A stretch of 64,000 nucleotides of DNA from Bispira polyomma. Its lineage: Eukaryota. Below, one piece after another: positions 1 through 14,030 of the stretch. The notes under the pieces are model-generated. The model was not told the DNA's origin. It was given only the letters and a program-made list of their open reading frames with translations, and made no database searches. Position 1 is the first letter of the stretch. Each line of letters begins with the position of its first letter. The position numbers were made by a program, and so were the translations under genes. Where the stretch lies: assembly GCA_965649765.1 (NCBI GenBank), contig OZ287750.1, positions 86,552,001 through 86,616,000 on the forward strand, written 5' to 3'.

Positions 1-2335
1 GCTTGCATCGGCATGTATTGCAAATAGAATTAAAAAAATATTGACCACAATAATTTCAAATACTCAAACAGGGTTTGTCAAGGGAAAATTCATTGGGGAA
101 AGTACTAGACTGGTTTAAGATCTAATGCACCATTGTGAAGCAAACAAAAAAATTGGATTGTTGATGCTCATAGATTTTGAAAAGGCTTTTGACTCAATCT
201 CTTGGAAATTTATGAATAATGTCCTTAAACTGTTTAATTTTGGTCAAGATATAATAAAATGGATCAATTTATTTAATCATAATATCAATACAGCAATTAT
301 ACAGTGCGGGTGGCTTTCAGAATTTTTTCAAATCCAGAGAGGCTGTCGCCAAGGAGATCCAATCTCACCTTATCTTTTTATTATTTGTGCCGAGGTTCTG
401 TGCAAATTAATACAAAATGACAAAAATATTAAGGGCATATTTATTGACGAATATGAATATAAGTTGACACAGTTTGCTGATGACACTACATTGTTTCTTG
501 ATGGATCTAGGGGCTCTCTGTTGACTGCTTTAAATAAATTAGAAGTATTTGGTTCCTTATCCGGGTTGAAGATCAATACTGAGAAAACAAAACTGATTTG
601 GATTGGAAAAAAACGAAAATGTAAGGAAAAACTAAATATTGGCAAAACTTTGTGTTGGGATATGGATACTTTCCAGTTTCCAATTAATAAAACTGGAATT
701 TTCATTAGATTTGATGGATATGATATCTCTAAATTTCACTAAATGTCTAAAAGAAATAGAAAAAACCCTGATAAACTGGAAAAACGGAGTTTGACTCCAC
801 TGGGTAAGATATCAATTGTCAAAACTTTTGTTCTAAGCAAACTGAACCATCTATTTATGTCACTTCCAACACCAGATATTAAATTAATAGAGAGAATAAA
901 TAAGTTAATTTTCAACTTTATATGGGACAATAAGCCTGACAAGGTTAGCAGAGTTCAATGTACCCAATACTATTCGGTTGGTGGTTTAAATATGGTAAAC
1001 TTACAAAATTATATCAAGGCAATAAAGGCCACCTGGGTGAACAGAGTAATTTTTGATTCAGGGGCAAACTGGGTAAAATTATTTGAAAGCTCTGTAATGT
1101 ATACTGATAATATATGTCAGATGGGTTTGCAACGGCTTCAAAAAGTAGTTGCAGATGTAAAAAATCCATTTTGGACAAATGTCATACATTCTTGGTTATC
1201 ACTATGTTACCTACTGAACCCTGAAACCTTTGAGGAAGGATTATCCAGTCCTCTCTGGTACAACCATAGATTAACAAGTACTCCTTTATTCTTCCCACAT
1301 TGGTTTGAAAAGAATGTAATTTACATAGGGGATATAGTGGACCTGGAGTTAAGAAAGGTACTAAATCTTGAAGACATAAAAGCTAAATTTGGCTTGATAA
1401 AAGTGAACTATCTGGAGTATTATAGAATTAAATCTTTGGTAAATAAGTATTTAAATACATTAAAAAAGAATGACAACGAAAGCCCCTTTCTAAGACCAGT
1501 CCATCCGTCAAGATGGATATATAGAGCTCTATATAAAGTTTTTAATTCTTCAAAAAAAGTGTTCTGTAAGGACAAATGGAATACAGATTTAAATCTTAAT
1601 ATTGATATAGATAGTTGGAAGTTTGCATACAAAATTTGTTTTAAAACTGTGATAGATAATGCTTTAATTTGGCTGCAATACCGTATCTTAACACGCTGTA
1701 TAGGGGTTAGATGTTTTCTGAAACAGATCAACATTTCGGCAAGTGCAAATTGTAGACTATGTAATTTAGAAGAAGAATCAATTATCCACTTGTTTGCGAG
1801 ATGTAATGTGTCAAATGAAATATGGAACCATATAACAAGCTGGATTTTAAATGTTTTGAACATAAGAATCATTTTTACTGACTACTTTATTATAATGGGC
1901 TATCCCTATTTTGATCAAAACTTTATACCAGTTAATACAATAATATTAGTGACAAAATACTACCTGTTTCAATATGCTAAATTAAATAAAAAATGTATTT
2001 TAGTATTATACAAAGGGTAATTAAACGTACATATAAAGAGCAGGAAATGCTTGCTAAGATCAAATCAAATTTTGCTCATTTCAGTAAAGTATGGGATAGA
2101 TGGAAAATATTAATGGAATAATAATAGTGTTAAGGTATTTTTTCTTGTTTTTTTTCATACATTGACAAGTTAATAAATGTGGCTATTTTTTATTGTAAAT
2201 ATACTATGTGATAGTAAACTATATGTTAATTGTAACAGGTCAGTGTAGCTTTTTTATCCCTTTTCCTGCACTTGCCTGCAAAATAATTGTTAAAAAGGGG
2301 AACATTAAAAGAAATAAAAATATAAAAAAAAAAAG
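1..2335 (+). mobile_element. Tx1/L1-group non-LTR retrotransposon, 3' part (RT, C-terminal zinc finger, 3' UTR, A-rich tail), disrupted
   Basis: RT motifs IDFEKAFD, GCRQGDPISPYLF, QFADD and GLKINTEKT (125-742). LTPLGKISIVKTFVLSKL, FIWDNK, GGL and CRLC...ESIIHLFARC zinc finger (743-2020). In-frame stop near 117 and frameshifts near 670-780 and 2000. A-rich tail at about 2307-2335. Confidence 0.9.
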
Positions 2336-2625
2336 TATTCTATGGATGAATTATTTGTATTCAGTTCTGTGTTAAATGTTTTCTGTGGATGACATTGTTG
2401 TATTTTAATCAGTGTTAAATATTTTCTATGGATTGCATTTATATTTAAATCAGTGTTACCTATTGTATAATTAATGAATAAATTGGTATCCAATACCTGT
2501 TAAATGTACTCTTTGGGGAAAAATTAATTGTGTTCAAATCGGTGTACAATCTACTCTTTAAATGAATTAATTACATTCATTTCAGTGTTAAAATAAATTC
2601 TATGGATGAATTAGTTTCATTGAAA
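2336..2625. repeat. ~43-bp AT-rich satellite array (approx. consensus attcaaatcagtgttaaatgtactctatggatgaattaattgt)
   Basis: About 6-7 diverged tandem units. The same unit occurs at about 14030-14350, 22480-23050 and 44020-44425. Confidence 0.8.
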
Positions 2626-2626
2626 T

Positions 2627-2712
2627 GTGGTGTCTGTGGCCTAGCGGTTAAAGTGTCAGACTTTGGATCTGAAAGATTGAGGGTCCTGGTTCGATCCTCG
2701 CTGCTGGCCTGG
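2627..2712 (+). mobile_element. tRNA-derived SINE family 1, head only
   Basis: Pol III A box TGGCCTAGCGG and B box GGTTCGATCC. Homologous to longer copies at 24049, 39633 and 44426. Confidence 0.8.
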
Positions 2713-4619
2713 ATTCGTAAAGGGAGTTTTTGTTGATGCATACTGCGTCAGTAAAAGCAAGCCCATCTGTCGACCTGTATTTAGTAGGAGTTTTGCAGGA
2801 CTGCTTTGAATTTTAGGTTAAGGTTTATCACATAAATCCCATTTAGTTTGACAAAAGTATAAAAACGATTCTACACACATACATTTATAGATATGTACAT
2901 AAAGTTTTTAAAAATATGGGTAATTAGTACACTAAAAACTTTAAATGAAACAACTGACGTAAATCAAGCATCACTTGCGTACAAAGCCTTATATTTTATT
3001 GTAGCACTGCCTAGATATGACGTTTTATATACAAATTAATTACATCATTTCTAATACATTTACGTTAGCGGGATACAGAAACGTGGTGCGCAACCTTTCA
3101 ATTACAAAAGGAACAAATTATAAGGTCAGAGATACATCCAACTATCTTTCAATGATACCCTGGACAAAAGAGTGCGGATGATTTTTAAAAATTAATTTAG
3201 TAGTGTCACTATTGTCACTATTATTTTGCCACAAATGTGTCATTCACAGAAAAGTCCGATTTTACTATACCTCGGATATTCTCTGAGTCAATACTACATG
3301 AATGTATGCATATTTTATCATAAATTCAGCAAGAAATACCATATTACAGTTATTGTTGAAAAACTAAGTAATATTTTTATGATAATGATGATGTTAGAAG
3401 CATCTTTTTTATGTAATAGGAACATAAAAGTATGTTTTTCGAAGCAATTGTTTTTGTTACTAAAACCAAATATGATGTGCATACCAAATATTGAGTATGG
3501 TTTTTAGTAGATTGGCCAATCAAGGCCAATCTACTTATAATATTATGGAGATGATGTAGCCTGGATACTGGGATAGGACAAGCAAATATCAGAGACTGTT
3601 GCCATTGGAGCGCTGAAACTCGGCATATATATAGATTATGTGTTCTCGAAGTTGCAACTTTTTTTTGGTACATTTGGTGCTTATCTTTAAGGAATTATTG
3701 CCGTTTTTTGTATTCGGATTTATTCGGCCTGCCTGTTGCTATGAAAAAAATAATTGGCAGTTTTTTTTCCTGATATATCTTTGCCCAGTGTTTCCCGCCA
3801 ACTCTCCGTCCAGTAATTAATTCTGACGTGTGCATGGGGAGGAGCTTATTGATGTAGGTTATATAACGACTGATTGTTGTCAGTCAGATACGAGTGCTAG
3901 ATTTACAAAAATTAACAAAGTTACTGAAGCTACAATTTTAAGATTAATATATCCATAAAAAGTAATTTAAACACTTTCTAAAACGTTTACAAATTGAAAT
4001 TCTGTCTGATATTTACTGATATATGGCCATTTTAAAATAGATATACTTGCCATTAAACATAACCAGTGGAATTACGAATCTTAGCTGAATTTATTATTTT
4101 GCCGACAATATGCAAAAATAATACACCCCCACAGTTTTTTTACGACAGATGACTTCATGTCCACATAATTATTAGCCCCGGAAATCAGGTAATCATGAAA
4201 CTGTTTTCTCTGACATTATTAAAGATACAAATCTGGTTTGGGTATCATTAGAAACCTTTCATTATGTATTTTTCAAAAGTGTTCATACAATCATATTATA
4301 TGGCCCATCAGCAGATATATTTTGTGTTGAATTTTTTATATATTTCCAGAATTAATAGGAAAAATATGTTTTAAAAATATGGTTCCATAGAAATTATAAC
4401 ATAAATAATTAAAACTAGAAAAATAATTATAACCAGTGTTATAATATTATCATCAAGATAAATTAACTTGAAATATTCGGTGTACACCTATATATTGTCT
4501 TTTGGTAAATGTATACAGTACTACCACATGTAATTAAGTCCTACTCACTCTTACTTTTCAATAAAAGTTGGAAATCACTCGAAGCTAGTTTTAGAGAAAT
4601 TGACTGGTGACCAAAAATG

Positions 4620-7600
4620 CAGAAATGAAAGAAAAAAGCAAAAAAAAAGCTCCACCGATTTTTTTAAATTGAAGTATAAAACAGTCCCTCTAGATACCAC
4701 AACATTAAAATGGTAGGTGTCTTTTTCAGCAATCAACGTATTAGTAAACATTACATGTATTTTATTCAAACAACACTGTAAAAAAAACTACAATAATTTT
4801 AATTTCATATGATATGTCTACAAGATTTGTGGGATTTTTACTCACTGAGAAAATAATCTTGATGTATCAATTGGCTTTTAAAATGGTGTTATTTCCAGAT
4901 GTACATTGTAGGTCTACATATACACTTTGTTGTCAATAGTTGTCAAGATTTGTAGGATTTTTACTTACTGAGATAATACCTTTTTATGTATTAAATTTGC
5001 TCTTGAAATGGTTATCTTTCAACATTTACATGGTAGGTCGACATATACACTTGAACATTGAAATAATTGTCATGCACTATTGCATTCATTAAATTCCAAA
5101 ACAATATGTGTGGAAGATTTGTGGGGTTTTTAGTTTCTGAAACCATACAAGTGCATCTTTTGGGCAGCTTCAATAGATCTGCTGTGAGACAACAGTGTCT
5201 TATTTTCTGCGGGTACCTCACAGACCAACACCTCCTTCCAAGAAGTGAAGAGCTGCCCCATGGAAAATACAGAAGAGTGTTTCTTGATCACTCGAATAAC
5301 ACTTTAATGATAATTTAGTTATACACTGCAACTATTTATTTCCACACAAAAAACAACTTAAAACTCCCTTAGATATACACTGCAAGACAACACAATATAT
5401 TTCTACACCAAAATAGGATTTCAAAAACTCAGATGTACTGACCACCATTTTTCACAAGTTGCAATTGATTTAAATATCGCAGAAGAGAGGCTATTGTGTT
5501 TAAATGATCTTGAATGGCAAGATTCTATATGTACCAAACCTAAATTGGGATCTTATATTTAATATAAACCTCATAGCTCTACAGAAGAATATACATTGAA
5601 CAATTTTTACAGAAATAAAAGGTCTCTCATTGTCCAATTAACATCTGGAATACTGCCTCCAGCCATAAAAACTAGGAGATACCAGAAAAAAGGGTTTTGT
5701 CAAATACTATATACTTTGTGTAATTTTATTTATTACCTTATTAATAACTGAGATTTACACTGCAACTAAATATTCCCACACACAAAAGAAACACTTCAAA
5801 AACTCACTTTGATATACACGGCAGGACACTACACAACATTTTTCCACACCAAAATAGCATTTCAAAACTCAGATATACTGTCTACCGTTTTAACAAAGAA
5901 CTATAGATTGTCCCCTCAATGTACACAGAAAAACTCAAAACAAAACCTAAAGTTCCAACATAATTCAGGTATACACATAAATAGATCACACAGAATATCT
6001 CTCCAATACCCTATCACCATGTGTCACACAATGCAACTGATGACACTGTAAGAAAAACGGTTTTATAGCTACGAGAAATTGCCTATTGTCAAAAAAAGAT
6101 TAGCATAGTTCAAAATGTTGACACATGCTCACACAGGCCACACCAATTACATGACCTACATAATTAATTGTAATCGATTGCAAGAAATAATGTCATATCT
6201 ACTAGTTCAGGCAATCACTGTAGTCTCATCTTAAATGAAAAATAGTATTTAATGATGTGTTAATATATGCCATTATAGTATTCAAAGCTTATTGGGATTT
6301 ACACCAAAAAATACATGTGTATCTTCTGGGCAGCTTCAATAGACCTGCTGTGAGACAACAGTGTCTGACTCTCAGCTGGTACCTCACAGACTAACACCTC
6401 CTTCCAGGAAGTGAAGAGCTGCCCCATGGGAAATACAGAAGAGTATTTCTTAATCACTTGAATAACACTTTAATGATAACTTAGATGTACACTGCAGCTA
6501 TATATCTCCACACACAAAAAAACAACCTTAAAAACTAACTTAGAAGCTCCACCTATTTTCTTTAATCCAAGTATAAAACAGTCCCTCCAGACACCAGAAC
6601 ATTAAAATAGTATGTCTCTATGCGAGTATAACATGTATTTTATTCAAATAACACTCTAAAAAACTATAATAATTATTTGAATTTAACATAATATATCTAC
6701 AAGTTTTTTTGGGTTTTTACTCACTGAGAAAATAATTTTGATGTATTTATTGGCTTTTAAAATGGTGCTATTTCCAGATGTACATTGTAGGTCTATGTAT
6801 GCACTTGATCAATTTTTGTCAATAGTTGTCATTATTCCATTTAATAAATTCAAATAGATGATTGTAGGGTACTTAGTCACTGAAATATTCTATATCTTTC
6901 AGACAGCTTCAATAGATCTGCTGGTCATATCTTAAATAAAAATTGTTTTTAATGATGTATTAATACATGCCACTATAGTATTCAAAGCTCATTGGGATTT
7001 ACACAAGGTGCAAAGCAATTTAGATAGTTACCCTGATTTGGATTTTTACTAATAATGCATTGAAGGGGCAAGGTCTATGTGACTGACAACATGTGCTCCT
7101 TTCAAATGTGCTATTAAGCTCTTCTAGGTTAGTGAGATAATACATTTTATGGATTAAACTACAATAATTTTAATTTAACATGATATATCTACAAGATTTT
7201 TAATATTTTTACTTACTGAGATAATATATTTTTATGTTTATTTTTATCATTAAAATAAAGATGGTCACAAAGTGCGATCTTTTTTTGCAACACCATTTGT
7301 GTGGAATATTTATGGGGTTTTTAGTTTCTGAAACCATATACAGGTGTATCTTCTGAGCAGCTTCAATAGATCTGCTGTGAGACAACAGTGTCTTATTTTC
7401 TGCTGGTACCTCACAGACTAATACCTCCTTCCAAGTAATAAAGAGCTGCCCCATGTAAATCACAGAAGAGTATTTCTTGATCACTTGAATAACACTTTAA
7501 TGATAACTTAGTTATACACTGCAACTGTATCCACACACCAAAAAAACACCTCAAAAACTCACTTAGATATACATTGCAAGAGATTACACAATATATTTGT

Positions 7601-7620
7601 GCACCAAAATAGTATTTTAC
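4620..7620. repeat. Complex local direct repeats with a period of about 1.0-1.2 kb
   Basis: The block gcagcttcaatagatctgctgtgagacaacagtgtc...tacactgcaac recurs at about 5163, 6330 and 7357, with a partial copy at 6904. 4650-4945 is similar to 6545-6830. Confidence 0.8.
5490..5735 (+). mobile_element. Degenerate 3' fragment of a non-LTR retrotransposon (RTEX/Daphne-like C-terminus)
   Basis: Translates to KPKLGSYI*YKPHSSTEEYTLNNFYRNKRSLIVQLTSGILPPAIKTRRY, resembling the KLRTY...QLRxGxLPLxIETGRY motif. Confidence 0.55.
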
Positions 7621-8416
7621 ATTATTTTAGTTTCAACCTACCACAGTGGTATATGACACTAGTGGAGATCAAAAATCTCGAGTAATTTTATTATCTTTGC
7701 TATTTAAACGGCTAGAATTTTTTGGGGGGGTTATTATTATTATTAGCAGGTGCTCGCTACAGTATAAAATATAACATGCAAAATATAATTGTCATGTATA
7801 TGTAAGTCATCCACCTAATTGGGGTGAAAACATTATGCACCTAATTTATTGGAGATGTATAGAAGTAAAGCCGTGTATGCGTAGGATATTGGAAAAATAC
7901 AGTTAGTAAGTTATTTTGTTTACTTACAGTTAATTTAATAACAAGTTTTAAGTAGGTAATTCCCTGGGTATACCCAAATTCTGCAGATTTAAAAAGAAGT
8001 TCCGTTCATATCTTAAATCAAATAAAATATCTGAAGCTTCAATAGGACAAATCTTCAATTTTCGCCTACTTGTATCGGATCCGTTTTTAAAAACTTAAAT
8101 ACTACAGCATTCATTGTGTGATTCATTTACCCTTGTGCTACTGATTACAAAAGTGAAAGAATTTTCAAAATCGGAACATTATTAAGGGAGATATGACCAT
8201 TGAAAGTTTTTATACACAGTCTGTACATGGACACAAATGACGAAAAGAATAGTTATTGCCCAAAAGTTATACAAAGTGGCTGGGGTACGGTGATTTACAG
8301 TACTCTAGAAGAAATACTACAGTACGATTATTGATTTCCCTGGATTACCAGATCAAGTCTGTGACCACAAACAATTTCATAAGTTTTAACAAAGAGCTTT
8401 AAGTCACGGTAGCATG

Positions 8417-8789
8417 TAAACCGAGTTTTCTGCCCGCGACAATGCTTTGATTTAATGACATATGCTTGTCTAGGGACAGATTTTCTTACTATAGCAAATT
8501 GTTGTAAATGTGTAATGGCACATATAACAGACAAAAGGAATCATTTTCTTATGTAGTTTGTGGTTATATTGATTCATCCAATAGCCATATTATTATAACT
8601 TACAGCCAACCTAAAAGTACTTCATTAATAAAATACAATGATTTGAAAAAATTGACGTATATTTCCCATTGTATAGTATATAGTAAACTGCCGTGTTAGA
8701 TTCACAATGATTTGCTATAGTAGACTACTCTGTCCCTCGTGGTGCTGTTAGTAAATCAAAGCATCAGCGAGGACTGAAAACTCGGTCTA
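8417..8789. mobile_element. Mutator-like (MULE) MITE, 373 bp
   Basis: Imperfect TIRs of about 90 bp (taaaccgagttttc... / ...gaaaactcggtcta), flanked by a perfect 9-bp TSD ggtagcatg at 8408-8416 and 8790-8798. Confidence 0.8.
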
Positions 8790-9340
8790 GGTAGCATGGA
8801 TTAAAGTTTTACCTTTCTTCCACGGCTCCGATAATAATAATATTATTAAAGCAAATGTATATCTACCCACGTCTATTCTATTGATTGGGGAAGTGAAGCA
8901 CGTGTATATAAGCGACAATGAAAGAATTTGATGCAAATTAGGCAATCTATCACTTACTTCCATATAAGGATATTTAGGCCGGATATTTAACTGTTTCTGA
9001 CCTTTGACTCGGCAGTAATCGCTAACATATATTACCTTATATCTTGTCTTTCATTACGTAGCATACAGTAAAAATGGCAGATATAATTTTTTTTAAAAAT
9101 GGGTCGAAGGATATTTTTTATTAAAACTTAAATATTTTAACCATTTTCTTACGGCTTTTGATGAAACAAAAAGCACAATAATGCCAATAAAATAGTTTAT
9201 TCTATCTTTATAGTGAACTAAAACATTATTTTAGGTCGAACCTAAAAAAAAGAGGGTCGAACGATCTGAGGAAATACAGGTCGAAACGTTGTGAAGGTCA
9301 AGAGATCTGGATATCTTTTCCTGCCTCTTATTGTCTTTAC

Positions 9341-10080
9341 AAGGTACATACTATACCTCGGACAAAACACCCTGGCCCAGGGCTGTCAGAATAGAGTGGC
9401 AGGGCATAAAAATTCTAAAACTTTATAATGATTAAATGGCTGTATCCAAATGGATACTCCACCAAAAATATTGGTCTTGGTACCAACAGTAAGCTGTTTT
9501 AATGTACCTTATGGTAGGTTTATCAAATTCTAATAAAATATAATGATTATGAACATATTTTTTAAGTTGGACTGTATCTCCCCACCTCCGCAGGGCGTTT
9601 TTTTTTCCAGGGCGTATTTTTCAAGGGCGTTTTCTTCCTGTTACATTCCAACTCCATCACACTAACTTCAAAGCTTGTAACTTTCTTAATAATGATGTGT
9701 TTTTCAAATTTAAAAAGCAGTTTCATCATTGAAGCTGACAACAAATATATTGAATTTGTGAAACAACAAACTTTAGTTTCTTATATTACATTAATCAAAT
9801 TTATAATTCTTGATAATCATAATAAATGCATTTAAGAAAGTCCAAATTCATGCAATTAATAATAATGTGTTTAATCATTTGATTTAAATTTGGTGAAATC
9901 TGTCGGAAGGTATATAACAAGAAATTTTTGGTGATACTAAAACAAAAATTTTAGGTAAGTATTCATCTAGATACAGCTCTGTAACCAGTTTAAATTTCCA
10001 AAGCGTTTTTCCTCCAGGGTGTTTTTTTCCCCGAGTCTATTCCAAATCCAAGTGATATTCGAGGTGTAGTATGTACCTCT
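9341..10080. mobile_element. Non-autonomous TIR DNA transposon, Kolobok-like
   Basis: TIRs aggtacatactatacctcg / cgaggtgtagtatgtacct. Right flank is TTAA; left flank is ttac (degenerate). Confidence 0.6.
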
Positions 10081-11310
10081 TTAAAAGGGAAAAGTGCGGT
10101 AAAATAAAAAAAAATCCCTGTGCCATAAGTTCAAATTAATTCCCTGTGTCATAACTTCAAATTAATTAAATTTATTGAAGTGACTATTATACCGTCGTAG
10201 TCGCCATTTTAACTCCCAAGGTATTTTGCCGACAATCGACTTTTTGGGTCAATTTTGTGTCTTCATGAGAATAAATTAGCCTTACTCCCTGCTCTACTTT
10301 CATGGACAAAAACAACGAAAACTATTCATCGATGAAACAGCTGATGAGATCACCTAATTTATTCCATGAATTTCGCCTTTAATATCCGTTATATTTTGGT
10401 ATAGCTATTGACATGCTTGCCAAGTATAAGGTAAGTAAAAATTTTAGCTGCCGTATATGGATGTTGGTATTTCTGGGTGCTCTCCCATAGTAGGGGTGGG
10501 ACGGTGCAAAATAATTGCTTCGAGTGCTCGTGTTTGGAAACCTGACTCGAATTCGGGTACTCGCGAGTTTCAGTATTAACTGTATGGAAACCCAAAACAA
10601 ATATGGCGGTTTCCCGTAGCGATGTTTTGTAAAAAACGTCTGATATTTTAAAACATACATAGGAATATGGAATGAAATGTAGGTTATTTGACTAAATCTA
10701 AAATTTTATTCAATGTAACCAGGCCAAAATGTGCAAATGTTAATATTTTATGGATCTTTTATATTGTGTGAGCAATAATCAACTGTATTAACGAGTGGCA
10801 TACATCCCGACAAACAATAAAAAAAATGTAAGGATTCAGCAAATTTATTTTCGGTGACTGAATTGTGAACAAAATAGCAAATTCAGCTTATATTTGTAAT
10901 GTTACTGACTGGCAGCAAAATATCTTGGGAGTTAAAATGCCAACTGCGTCGGTATAATAGTCTCCTCGTAAATTCATTGGCCTAACAATACTATAAGTTC
11001 CTTGTTTGCCCATGTACAAATACATAGATATTTTTTTCGAAAACAAAATAATCTTTTTTAAAAAAAATGTATATTTAATGTTAATATAAATAAATTTCAC
11101 ACATTACATATCAATGTATTTTTGTTTTATCTGTCAACCTGTCTACCTATAAAAACAAGTCGTCAGTGAATGGAAGGTAATTTACAGATGTAAATATTTT
11201 TTTGCCGACAAAAAGTGATTTGTTTACAGATATAAATGTTTGATCATAGTTCACTGTATTTTCGACCTATTAAAGAATATACATGTTATTGTATGTATTT
11301 TGATCTTCGT

Positions 11311-11895
11311 ATTATTGAAGACATTGTAATTAGTAACAAACTAACATAGTGTATGGTGTCCTTATATTGTATGTAATATTCTGTGTATTTTATTCAAACA
11401 TAAAATGTGTTTCATCAATATGTAAGGAAGAAGTGTTATATACAAGTGTATGAAGAAAGCTTTTCAGGGATGATACTTGCCAATGCTATATCGGGCCATA
11501 TTTTGATCACTTGACCAAGTAATGAATCAGATTTTATTATAATTACACAAAATCCCTGATCATGTGATTTCTATATTTAGCCATTTTTCTGATAATTCTT
11601 TTATCTTTGAAACTTTACTGACATACAGTCAGTTATGTCACAGTAACTTCCTGTAGACGCTCAGATAGTGGAATTTTTCTGTTTGGCACAGTATGTATAC
11701 CACAGTTTAGTATATGAAAAGACATTTTAGCAAGACCAAGATGCAATTCAGAGACAGATGTAACTCAGCCTGTAAAGGTAAACTAGAGACACTATCAAGA
11801 ACAAATGTGTACTCTTTTACAAACTTGTGAATATTGTTATTTTGTTGTTCAATAAAACATCTGAGAATTATTTTAGACTATTTTTAACTGTTGTC
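11311..11895. repeat. Segmental duplication block, paralog of about 46307-46842
   Basis: Colinear similarity beginning ttattgaagacattgtaattagtaacaaactaacatagtg in both copies. Confidence 0.85.
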
Positions 11896-12011
11896 AAGTG
11901 GAGAAGCCAGGAGAGCTCTAATGTTAATAAAGTCAGTGAAGTATAATGGTTCCATGTTACCTGCGGTAAACGATTTCCCTGTTAAATCATATTATATATG
12001 GTGTACTTCAG

Positions 12012-12117
12012 GGCCAGTATTCACGAAGGGACTTGGCCAAGTCTTAGGCTTAAATCTAGCACAAAAGTATACTGATTTAAGCCTAAAACTTGGCTAAGTC
12101 CCTTTGTGAATACGGCC
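12012..12117. mobile_element. Palindromic MITE (~106 bp), probably PIF/Harbinger type
   Basis: ggccagtattcac...gtgaatacggcc, self-complementary along almost its whole length. Flanks are CAG and CTA. A sister copy lies at 44583-44689. Confidence 0.75.
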
Positions 12118-12389
12118 CTAATGTTAGATATAAAATTGGGCTTAGCTTAAGTTTCTCCTTGCAAATTTCCTGCCATACAGTTACTGTTTTTTAATTTCTG
12201 CTGCTTCAGAAGACTGTTATAGATGTAATCAGATGTAGTTAACATAACCAGTAATCGGTTGTAATTACTCAAACATAGTCGACTAAAAGTGTTAAAGCTC
12301 TGTCATATACAAAGTTTAACCTTGCAATTGTAGTTTTAACCTTAGATTAACTTTTGTGAAGTGGACATTAAATATCCAAATTCAAATGC

Positions 12390-12620
12390 AAAAAGGTACA
12401 AAATATGATATCTCTTTTTATAAGATCAGAATAATGGTCACTTGTGTTTTCATCAGTTACATCATTCTAGGAGTTTTGATTAAATTTAAAATAAGGAATT
12501 TTGTGGCAATAAAAATAACTTCATTTTAAAGTTTGCTTTTGCAATGAACCTAGTTTTTGCTGCGACTAATCTCTTTCCCCATCTGCTTGTGTTTACTTTT
12601 AACAATTATATGTTATGTTA
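12390..12620 (+). pseudogene. Remnant (TM5-TM6 region) of the GPCR family seen at 21455
   Basis: Nucleotide similarity to 22100-22290 and 29350-29590, for example ctagtttttgctgc...ctgcttgtgtttactttt. Confidence 0.6.
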
Positions 12621-13509
12621 CTGTTTAACTTCTAAGGCGCCACAATCTATGACCAGGCATCCTCTGTTGCATATATCCCAGTCAATATGCAAAGGAATGG
12701 TTTGTGATGAGAATTCAGTCATAACCAGCAGAGGAATGTTAATGCAAAAAAATGTGTTGATACAGATGTGTTTTAAGTTTTATTTGGAATTGTTGTAATC
12801 TTTTGATGTTGATAAAGTAATAGTGATATAAAACCCTCATCGTTTGCAGCAGCATTAGGCCTGGACACTACTGACAACCCAATTGATTCTTGCTTCCGAA
12901 ATTGGCTACTTTAAGAATTCCCTGCTTTATTCCTTCTCACATCTATCGTCTCACTCACTGAATTTTGTGTTGCCTGCAATACATATGGATCACAGTATGA
13001 CTATATGCCAGAATAAACACAACCACAGTCTATCTCTAGATCGAACAATAGTACAACAGAAAACAACATGTAGTGTAGTAGAAATCCAGTGGAACGTTGA
13101 AAATGTGTATGGGATATCATCATGCAGTGACTCTGGCTTCCTTTTGGAAAGCAAATGGCTAAATAGTACAATGCTTTGTGTCACTATTATCCCAGTTTTA
13201 TTAAGTAGTATATATGTCAACGAAGTCAATAATCATGACGTCTTCCTTTTAACACAGACCAAATGCTATAATGTAAGGAAATATTTCGCCAGAATTAATG
13301 TAATAGATAAAAATAATTTTAGAGGAAGAGATGAAATCAATGACATTTTACGGTTTTCATAACTTATACACCACTGGGTTCCTTATTGTTCATCAAAATT
13401 AATAATATCAATATATAGTGTATTTCATAACTGTTCATTGTTTTAATATCATTGTTTATATTGGAAAATCTTATTAAGATTTAAGCTTTTGAATTTTACT
13501 ACTGGAGAT

Positions 13510-14030
13510 TGTAGTTACCATTTTCTAACCAGGGATCTCTCTGAGACCTGCCAATTGCGATACACGCATGAGCATCGTTTTTTTAACTGGCTATAGTGGG
13601 AGCCCCACATAACCCAGACATTATCAGACTCCCTGCCATTTCCCCCTTTGAGACTGAAGATTAACTGACCCATTTATATCGACTCATTCTTTGAGTCTCA
13701 GTGTATGTAGAGAGGGAACCTGTATGTCATCATAATCAACACAGGTCACGGATGCACCTTGCAGCTGGTGTGGGTGGATTTAGCTGGTAATGAAATGGGG
13801 GAGTTCTCTGAACGCTTACCGCTCCCTACATTCTAGACATGGTTTGTGCACATACCTAATTGTTTCAATTGTTGCTGTATTTGCAAGTTCACTTGGACAA
13901 CAGAACGTTCTTCACTATTTGAGTTGTTTTCTGCCTGAGAAAGGTTATTACTGTCCACGAATTTACACCTTTATGCAAAGCCATCTGTAATACAAATATA
14001 GCACAGTACTTTTTTACATCTGCACGTGAT
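13510..14030. repeat. Duplicated non-coding block, paralog of about 39190-39545
   Basis: Shared strings tgtagttaccattt, ctatagtgggagc, ccagacattatcaga and tctgtaatacaaatatagcacagtac. Confidence 0.75.

Noticed and set aside
2627-2712. tRNA gene
   Set aside because: It has A and B boxes but no convincing cloverleaf, and homologous copies continue into a SINE body.
12900-13229. Minus-strand GPCR fragment (SYCDPYVL...TQNS)
   Set aside because: The similarity to TM7 is too short and is broken by stops.
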